This document shows positions 54,909 to 64,000 of a stretch of 64,000 nt of DNA, piece by piece (within the stretch, counting starts at the first letter, position 1; every line of letters begins with the position of its first letter). The DNA comes from Camelus ferus. Its lineage: Eukaryota. The stretch covers positions 83,206,001-83,270,000 of the forward strand of contig NC_045696.1 in NCBI RefSeq assembly GCF_009834535.1, written 5' to 3'. The position numbers and the translations under genes are program-made. A model generated the notes under the pieces. That model saw nothing but the letters and a program-made list of their open reading frames with translations, did no database searches and was not told the origin of the DNA.

Positions 54909-57119
54909 CCATAAAAACATGTAAGAAACACAAATTACTGGCCTATTTCACTCATGGGTATGGATGCAAAAATAATAAACAAAATAATAGCAAATTGGAT
55001 TTAATAGCAAATAAAGTGATAAAATCCAGTTAGGAGTTTTGTTTTTTTTTTTTCCTGAAATGCAAAGATGGTTTCATATTTGAAAAGCTATACATATTAT
55101 AACCCACGTTAACAAATTAGAGAAGAAAAACCTTATGTCCTTTCAATACATACATACTCTCACAGTGCCCAAGGGTATGCAGTCACTCCCCTCTTTAATT
55201 AACACATTATAATCATCTACCCGAAGAATGAATTAGAAACCACGCGTTAGGTTCAGTGATATGCTTGAAGGAAGAGGATACTCATCTAACTGAGCTAATC
55301 AGAAGACTCCTCCACAAGTTTATAGCTCTTTAGAGAAAAGGTTAAAAACCAAGATTAGCTAACAAGGCCGTTTACAAACGTTTCAGTTCCACTGAAAGGC
55401 GGACTCTAGATGTATTTTAATAAACACTTTAATAGTATTTTAATATAATTTTAACAATAAAGATCTACTAAAATTTTGATCTTTATTTTAAAAAGCAAAT
55501 TCAAATAAGTTAAAATCCAATTTATATTAATGCAAAGAAAAAGTCTTTTCAAATAATTGTTTAATTCTATGTCTGTGACATTCAACACAGGGGTCTTTGA
55601 AACCAACTGACCTTTACTGTTAGCATCCAGTAAATAAATGTGAATGACTCATTAGTGCACTCACATGAATTGAAATACTCATTTCCAGTGGCTTTACAAT
55701 GCATTTAATTTCAAAATGACCTCTATTATTCTTATTGAATTATGTATACAAACAAATCTGAGATCATTGCATGTTCAACAGTTAAGCAAGATGTATCTCT
55801 AGCATCACCATGTCTACAAAATGGCCATTTAAAGAAATGAAAAATATGCTAAGTATGAGTCTGGGAGAGGTGAGTGGCCCCACCCCATACTACCATCCCC
55901 GGTTCTCCACCTCGTTAAGTAGGAAGTCAATGTTCACTCAGTGTTAAATTCTTGATTCACTCAAATACTGATCTTACTCTTACTCAGTTTACACAAATGG
56001 GTATCAGTTAAATGAGAGCATAGACATCACTTCTCTAAGTATGTCAATGTTTATATGAAGAGTAATTTCAATTAAAATATGAGATAACTGTATATAAGTG
56101 AACTAGCAGATATAAAGTCTAACATGCCTTACCAGCCTAATAGTTATTATAAAAATAGTAACAATAATTATCAAACCTAACACTGGCTTGATGTGCTGGG
56201 CACCCGAAATGTTTCTATAATAATGGTCACAACTTCTGCCAAAAAGAAACAAAGAGACGGCTGCCTGTCAGGCAAAGGAGGGGTTGGGAAAATAATATTC
56301 TCACCAGGCAGACCGTGCTATCTTCAGTGGTCATCTGGACACCAGGGAGGTCTTGATGACTCTGGTTCTCTGACACTGAATGGATACTGAAAACACCAAT
56401 GCCAAACAATCTCGTTGGAAATAAAGATGATCTCACTTGAGTGAAAAAAAGGCTGGGTGAATTTAGGGCTTGCCTTTATAAATTTATACCCTTAACAGAC
56501 AGAGGACCCTGCCTCAGGTGAAACCTGTCTCAGAAAGGCCCAAATGCAGTTGCCTTTGAACATCTGGTTGTCTGTTTGGAGCCCTTCCTATTGCTGCCTG
56601 CCAGAGCCTTTCTGGACAAGACTGAGCCACCCTGCTTCCTGAGAATCTGATAAGTTCTCCAACCTACTCATGTCGACTACCTCTCTTGTCTTGGCAGTCC
56701 TAACCAAACCCACAGCCCCAGCCCCAGACACCTTCAGTTGGATGTCTTTTGTTCGTTTTGTTTTCTCCCACCAACTTATTCACATATGTTCCGTTAGGAA
56801 TAGACATTGTCAGGGGAAAAAAAATGTGTGATTTTGTAAGGTCAATGGGAAGACATAGTTAGAATAAATGCATTTCTGTGTGAGCTAAGAAAAAGCCTGA
56901 ATACATAAAATGCTCAAGCATTTTAATAGTATGACTAGATAGGGAAAAAAGTCAGAAAGGACAGTTGTAAGGCATGGTATAGGGGATCAATTTAGTTTGG
57001 GTATCTCCCCTTTTAGAGAAGAAGAAAAGGAAGTCTCTGGTCCCAATTACATTCCCAATATAGGAAATAGCTGAGGTCATAAATGAAAGTATAATTCATA
57101 GCTATCATTTGAATACCTA

Positions 57120-57340
57120 CTATAAACCACCCACTCTGCTAAATGCTTTAGATGCATTATCTTATTTAACTCCCACAGCAACTTCCTTGTGGTTTTAGGA
57201 ACTACCATTATCCTAAATTTTACAGATGAGGAAAGAGTCTTAGCAAGATTAAGTAGCATGGCCAAGGTTACATAAATTGTAAGTGACAGAGCTGAGACTC
57301 AAATCCAGGTCTCTTTGAACCCAATGCACTTAACCTCATT
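57120..57340. mobile_element. MIR SINE (other MIR remnants near 5700, 19250, 28100, 34600, 40550, 44300, 51920)
   Basis: MIR core: ttttacagatgaggaaa...ggccaaggttaca...gtaagtgacagagctgagactcaaatccaggtct. Confidence 0.85.
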
Positions 57341-58012
57341 CTATAATGCCTTCAAACACTGTTCTGTAAAGTTTCGGCTTATGTTTCAATCTTTGCCTCT
57401 AATCAGTGAGCTCCTTCAGGGCAGAATTTATTTCTCATTAATTTTTATATCCCCAGAGCATGGAATAATGCCTGATACAGAACAGCAACTCAGTGATTGT
57501 CAACTGAACAAAATGATGAATTAATAAATAAAGGAAGGAAGGAATTCATTTAAAAGGGAGACAGAAAATGGAAGTTTGTCAAAAAAAAAAAAAAAAAAAG
57601 AAGCTAATTCTACACCAAGACTTTTATTCCTGCGGTTAGTTTTGTGCCCCTCCATTTCTATTGTAACATCATGTGAGCATTTTATGATAAGCACCTTTTT
57701 CACTTTAGAATTAAGCAAAATGCTTTCGAAAATACGTGCTTTAACCAGGGATTTAAATGAACGATTGAAATTCCATAATCAGAACGTGACACAACCAAAC
57801 CAGCGTATAATCATATGTTTCCTATAATAAGCTACTTGAAGTGTTCTTAGGGTTACAATTTTGTAATCTAGACATGAGAGGAAGATCTCTGCTCTTGACA
57901 ACATTCAGCACAGGCACTTCAACTGGCTCTGGATCAAAGACAAACTCCCTCCTTTGCATTACAGAGATGTTCTCTCTTTCCTTATCAGGGAGCAGACAGT
58001 CCTAACTGTTAC

Positions 58013-58135
58013 CTTCACATCCTCTGCCATCTTCCTCCAGCTTCTGGCCAGCTTAACACTTGCAGTAATAACTGCCAATTGTATTACAGCATTGGTCCTG
58101 ACAGCTACCATTGTCAATGGTGCACTCATTTATAT
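58013..58135 (-). pseudogene. EGFEM1: EGFEM1 exon encoding a calcium-binding EGF domain, with premature TAA
   Basis: Minus strand: acceptor ...caattgcag|ATATAAATGAGTGC...GGATGTGAAG|gtaaca donor; 123 nt, phase 1-1; cbEGF consensus DINEC...C.NT.GSY.C.C; codons TGC AAG TGT TAA GCT with the stop at 58053-58055. Confidence 0.9.
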
Positions 58136-61100
58136 CTGCAATTGAATATGTAAACAGAATTAGCTTCCTAGAACTAAATACAGAAAGACTTCATTGGTGT
58201 TCCTAAAAATGTACCATCCCAGAGTGACATCATTTTTTTGACCTCAGATGAAACAAGATAAAACTATACAATCTTATTCTAATTAGAGCTAACACACTCT
58301 AATTTTGAAGAAAAAGAAAAAGACAGGTCATAATCTTTGGTTTTGAAATATTTTTTAATAGTAGACTAAGGAGTTGCCTAGTCTTAAGGAATTTGGAATT
58401 TGGGGGCTTACGGTACAGATCCACAAATTCCACATCCGAGTCATCATCTGAGGGTAAGATTGAAAAAAGAGTGGTGAAATAGAAGTCAGATCACCAGATC
58501 ACCTTTTTATCCATTAAATATGTGGTCACTGGCTTCTCAGGTAAATAATTACTGAGCACGAACCACTATATATTTGGCATTGTGCAAGAAAGTGTGAGAA
58601 ATGTAAAAGGGTAGTTTCATGGTTTCCAATGGTTAAAATCCAGCTGGGGTTCAGGACTAAGCAGAAGTGTGATTTGGTTGCATCCATATGCTGGATGAGT
58701 CCACAGCCCACTTTTTAACCTGTGGCCACAAAGCATCTTTACAGATAGGACTCAGTTTTATGTACACCCCCATCCAGCTTCCAACTGAGAGACATTCCCA
58801 CCCAACTGTAGGTTTGACAGTGAGTGGCCTGTTCTGCTCAAAGTAGCCACTTCTACTGCATGCTACTAGCCAACAATAGTATTTGTTTCCTGAGATGAGT
58901 GCGGCTGGAGAGAGACAAGGTGGAGAGGACAGAGAGGAAGTGGGAAGGGGCAAGTGAGGATGGGAGAGTGAAGAAGAGAGAGACAGAGAGGGAGGGAGAG
59001 TGAGTTAGTCGGGAACAGCCGAAGAAGCTGACAAAGTAGAAACACTGACAAAGAGGAGCTGAGTCCCCATAACTGGGGAACCAGGAGTGCAGAGAGCTGA
59101 TGCTGAGAGATGACGAGGTACCAGGCAGAGTGAGCCACAGGGCACCTCAACTGAATAGAAGTGCTGTGCACTGTTGAGAATGCTTTAGTTTGTTTTTAGT
59201 TAATTTTTCATGGACATGAATCATACACATGAAAAAATATATAAGTCTTAAGGATAGAGTTTGATGAGGTTTCAGAAATAAGATATAGCAATGAAACCCC
59301 AAGAAACAGACCATGGTTGGCACCCTGCTTAGCTGAAGGTAACCACCATCCCAATCTTTAACGCTATCAATTAGCTTTGCCTTTTTGAACTACATATAAG
59401 TAGAATCATCATCAAATGCGCATTTTTGTGTGTCAGGCTTCTTTTGTCAAATATTCTGTTTATGAGATTATGAGACTGGACTTGTAGTTTGTTCATTCTT
59501 ATTCCTGCATATTATTCATACGTATGAATATACCACACTTTTTATTTATCCATTTGACAGCTGATGGGACTTAAGCTATTTTCAGTTATTGTAAAGAATG
59601 TTGCTATGAACATTCTTATACATGCCTTCAATGAACTTATATATACATTTCTGTTGGGTAATGTATCTAGGACTGGAGTTGGGTTAAAATGTATAAGTCC
59701 TGCTTTAGCAGTTACAGCCAAACAGTCTTCTAAAGAGGTTATTCTAATTTACACTCCCACCAGAGGTGTATTAGAGAACAGATGCTACTCACCCTTGCCA
59801 ATGTTTGGGATATTCTGTTCTGTTTTGTTTTGTTTTTTGTTTTATCTCTTCTGGGGAGTGTATAATAGTATCACATTGTGATTTTAATTTGCATATTCCT
59901 GATGATTAATTAGGTTAAGCACCTTTTTTCATTTATTGGCCATTTGGATAATATCTTCTTGAAGTGCTTGTTCAAATATTTTGTCCTTTTGCCCAGTGCT
60001 TAAAATATTGCTTCTTTTACTAGTGGGTCAAATAGAATGTTAAATAGAAATGGTGGCAGTGATTATGCTTGTATCGCTCTGAATTTGAAAGGATAGTTTT
60101 TAACATTTCACTGTAGGTATGATGTGTTCTGTAGGTTTGTTTTTTTTAATAGATTAGCCTTATCAGATTAAGAATGTTTCTTTCTACTTCTAGTTTCCTA
60201 AGTATTTGTTTCATAAATAGGTGTTGTTTTATTTACTGCCTTTTCTGAATCTGTAAGGATAATTATATGGTTTTCCTTGTTAATCCTGCTAATGTGATGA
60301 ATAACAATGAATTTTCTGCACCCCTGAAATAAAGCCAGTAATGATACACTGCACTTTTTCAATATTCCTGGATTCAGTTAGCTAATAGTTTGTTTAGGAT
60401 TTTTGTGACTGTATTCATGAAAAGGATTTTTTTCCTGCACTTTCCATGTTTTCATGTTTCTCATATCTTTATATCCTTGAAAAATTTTTACGCACTTGTT
60501 ATGTATCAGTTAGTGAGAGAGGCATAGTAAATTCTCTCTGATTTTAAATTTGTCCTTTAATAACTGCAATTTTTGTTCTATATATTTTCAAGTGCTGAGT
60601 GGCATACAAGTTTAGAATTGCCACAACTTCCAAAAGATTAACCCTTTGTTGTCATAAAAGGTTCCTCTTTATATCTAGCTACTTTTCTTTCAGTAAACTT
60701 GAGAGGTTAGCAAATATGGCCCTGTCTAAAATGTCCCTAAGTCATTTTGTCTATGCCCAAAAATTCTTGATATTTGGTCCTGTCCATAACTTCCATTAGA
60801 CATCTGGTACTTGGTGAAAGGTCCCAGATACTTGGTCTTGTCCAAAACCATCTGGCATGGACCTAATATGCTTACGGACAGTGTGGACAGGATCAAACAT
60901 CTTGCAAGAAAATTGAGGTTTTATGATATTAGTAGTTATGTCAGTTTTCTTTTGGTTTGTGTTTGTATGACATTTCATTTTCTAAATTTTACTTTTACCC
61001 TTTTTTGTATTCATATATTTGAGAAACTATATACATGTATCTATATCTATATGTGTTAATTCAAACATTCTAACATCTCTAAACTGTCGTATTGTATCAT

Positions 61101-61689
61101 TGACATTTAATGTAATTACTAACATATTTGGATTAAATTTAACATTTTATTATATTTCTAAATTTCCTTATATTTTATGTTACTTTTACCTTTCACTTTT
61201 ACATCCTTTTAAATGTATTATTTTTAGTGTTCTATGTGCACTCTTTATTAGGTTGTCAGCATAGACTCCTTTATTATTCTTTTAGTGGTTACTCTAGATA
61301 TTATGACATCTATTATTAAACTCTTATATAAATTAGTACTTCAGCCACTTCCCTGACAATGCTAGAAACTTATACTTTAATTCTCTGTATGCTTTTCCTG
61401 CTTTTTATATTATCGTTATCATGCATTTTAACTTCAGATATTTAGAACTCATAAGTCTTTATTGTTATTATTTTATATAGTCAATTAACAATTTAGCTTT
61501 ATCCACATTTGCCTTTTCTGGTATTCATCATTGCTTCCTGGATTTATGAGCTTCTTTTTCAACCAACGTTTTCTCTGCATGAAAACTGCGTTTAGTGTTT
61601 CTTTTCACAGGGATCTGCTAGCAACAATTTTTTTCAGATTTTATTTGTTAGGAAATAACATTTTTCACCATAATTTAAAAATAAACTTT

Positions 61690-62380
61690 AAAAATTTTAG
61701 AACATTTTTAGATTTACAGAAAAGTTGCAAAGATAGTACAGAGTTTCCATATATCCCATTTATTCCATATTCCACTCTTATAAATACCTTGCAATAGTAT
61801 GGTACATTTGTTATAATTAATGAGCCAATATTGATACGTTATTATTAACTAAAGTCCATACTTTATTCAGACTTTCTTAGTTTTCCCTTCCCAGGGGATC
61901 ACAGTGTATTTAGTTGTCATGTTTAGGTTCCTCTTGGCTGTGACACTCTCTCAGACTTCCCTCGCTTTTGATAACCTTGACGCTTTTGAGAAGTACTAGT
62001 CAGGCATTTTATAGGATGTCTCTCAATTTGGATTTTTAAGATATTTATCTTATTATTAGACTGGGATTATGTGTTCTGAGGAGGAAGACCACAGAAGTGC
62101 CATTTTCGTGACATCCTATCAAGGGTACGTACTATCAGCATATGACTTAGCCCTGCTGATGTCGACCTTGAGCCCCAGGCTAACATAGTGTTTGGCAGGT
62201 GTTTTTACTCTTAAGTTTACTCTCATTCTTCCCCCTTTCTATACTGTACTCCTTGGAATAAAGTCATTATGCACAGCTGACATTTAAGGAGTGGAGTTAT
62301 ACTTCTCCCTCTTCAAGGGCGGGGTCTATGCATAAATGATTTGGAACTCATCTGCACATACTTGCCTCTTCCCCATGTAT
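61690..62380 (-). mobile_element. Nested L1MC-like 3' end
   Basis: tttagatttacagaaaagttgcaaagatagtacagagtttccatatatccc...attattaactaaagtccatactttattcag. Confidence 0.75.
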
Positions 62381-63088
62381 CATACCTTCAGTTTTGAAAA
62401 CTATCTTCAGTAGAATAGAATTGTAGCTTGACAGTTCTTCTCTGTGAGCACTTCAAACATGACATTCCAGTATCATTTACATTTCCTTTTGAATGTAATA
62501 TGATTGTTTTTCTCTGTCTGCTTTTAACATTTTCTTTTTGTCCTGTTTCTGGTATGTTTTACTATGATATGCTTTAAAGTGTGTGGGCTTTTCTTTTTCT
62601 TTTTCTTTTTTTTTTTTTTTTTTTTGTAGTTTTCCCTCCTTGGAGTTTGTGACGCAGCACAATTCTGTGATTTAATGTCTCTCATTCAGTTTTGGAGAAA
62701 CTGTTCTCACCATTATATGTTCAAATACTGCTTTTGCTCATTTCCCTCTCCTCTTTCTAGTATTGCATAATACACGTTTCTGAGACCTTTGACCTCTACA
62801 TCATTCATCTTATGCTACTTTCTGTTTTGATTTATTACCTTTTTTTTCTTTGTTTGCTTTCACCTAGATATAGTCCACTAATCTGTCTTTCAGGTTATTA
62901 ATTCTACAAACAACTGTTTATGAAATACCATTAATTCCATCTACTGCTTTCCCCACTAAAGTTATTTTCTTTTTCATTTCTACTATATACAGTTGATTCT
63001 TTTTATAAATTCTACGTCTTAAGTGAAATTTTCCATCTTGTCATCAATTTTCTCATTTTTATAAATCCATTCTTTATTTACTTTCTTT

Positions 63089-63630
63089 ATGATATTGAAA
63101 CTGCACTCTGTAAACCTTTCTGCTTTGCCAGCTGGTACAATGGTAAGCCTTCTTAATAGAGGTCACTGGAGAAACACTGCAAGAGAAAGGACTTATCAGT
63201 TTGGTTCCAGTGCTTTCCGTTTTGCAGGTATGTTCACTGTGGCTGCCAGCACGGTGCTTCCTTGTCAGTGGGAAGCTTGTCTGTCAGCAAGCAGCAACCC
63301 CGCCAGCGGGTCTCACCCATGCTCCAGCAGGCAGCTTCCCAGTGAGTCTCACTGCTACCCCAGTGGGCAGGTTCCTGCCCACCATCCCTGGGCAGCAGCC
63401 CCTTGGCAAACTTTTATGCTACAAGTTCTTCAATGAGCTCTGAATTTCAACTTGGTGGAAGATTGGAAGAATGCTTCTAAGTTTGTTCCTTTCTTGGGTA
63501 CTCTCCTAGACATAGTGGCTGTTCCCTACATCTGCTATTCCTATATTCTTTAACATTCTCTTAACCCTTCTTAATACTGTATCTCCAGTTTCTAATTAAT
63601 AATCTTTATAATACTTTTTTTTTCTGATCA
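63089..63630 (+). mobile_element. ERVL-type LTR related to the 42189-43022 element
   Basis: Shared motifs (taagcctt...tagaggtcactggagaaacact; ttcttgggtactctcc; gtggctgttccctac). Confidence 0.55.
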
Positions 63631-64000
63631 CATCCTTGCCGTGGCTTTTCTGTTACTCGACTCTGGTATTCCCTCTCTCCAGTAGCTTGATTCCTGAAAC
63701 TTTGGCTTCCATGATGGCTCTGAATTCCAATTCACACCTTCCCAGCCCAGTGAGAATGATGATTGCCCTTTTCTTCTTATTAGCAGCAGTTTTCTTATCT
63801 TCCGGCATTTCCTACTACGTCACTTATGAATCAGTCCCGCAAGGGGAAAATCCTCACTGATGTTCCTGGATGCCATGATATTCTCTGATACCTGCAGATG
63901 ACTGATTTTTCTTTTTATGTTACATGAAACTTTTCTAGTTGTTCTCGGCAAGAGTATTGGTCTGCTACTATTTAGATCATTGTAGCCAGTAAAAGAATGC

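Larger units (their letters stand above)
3179..58135 (-). pseudogene. EGFEM1: Internal segment (2 exons + 54.7-kb intron) of the EGFEM1 locus, probably a unitary pseudogene here
   Basis: Two canonical AG/GT-bounded 123-nt exons splice in frame to [81 protein letters not shown]. This matches two consecutive cbEGF domains of mouse Egfem1 as I recall it ([72 protein letters not shown]...). In-frame stop in the first exon. Confidence 0.85.
59190..63900 (-). mobile_element. Long degraded ancient L1 (L1MC/ME-like) with nested insertions
   Basis: Antisense L1 3'UTR/ORF2 motifs (gctatgaacattctt, ttttaatttgcatattcctgatgatta, ttgaaaggatagtttttaacatttcac). Confidence 0.75.

Noticed and set aside
3302..58012. 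Additional EGFEM1 exons or recursive splice sites in the long intron
   Set aside because: The two exons join as consecutive domains; candidate AG|GT sites (e.g. near 18125 and 50445) lack a polypyrimidine tract.
57954..58145. Plus-strand 63-aa ORF over the exon (and 3181-3381 likewise)
   Set aside because: Antisense shadows of the real minus-strand EGF exons.
1..64000. MIR551B, which I recall lying in an intron of EGFEM1/EGFEM1P
   Set aside because: I looked for the mature sequence (GCGACCCATACTTGGTTTCAG) and its reverse complement by eye and did not find them; probably in another intron.
1..64000. Antisense orientation bias of L1s as evidence for gene transcription
   Set aside because: Three younger L1s are antisense but two short ones and the old 59-64 kb L1 are sense; too few to conclude anything.

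Overview
AT-rich, CpG-poor mammalian genomic DNA, most likely camelid, judging from a tRNA-derived Vic-1-type SINE and related L1 3' ends. Almost the whole window is one ~54.7-kb intron plus flanking intron of a minus-strand gene. Two 123-nt, phase-1/phase-1 exons (58013-58135 and 3179-3301) each encode one calcium-binding EGF domain and splice in frame. The peptide matches my recollection of mouse Egfem1 (EGF-like and EMI domain containing 1; human EGFEM1P is a pseudogene). The upstream exon carries an in-frame TAA at 58053-58055, suggesting EGFEM1 is also inactivated in this lineage. The rest is interspersed repeats (L1, L2, MIR, ERV/MaLR solo LTRs, hAT/Tigger DNA transposons), microsatellites and a 99-bp tandem duplication. 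The supplied ORF track misses both real exons; its ORFs are spurious or repeat-derived. I found no evidence of a wholly new biological system. Repeat subfamily names are from memory of consensus sequences, and boundaries without TSDs are approximate.
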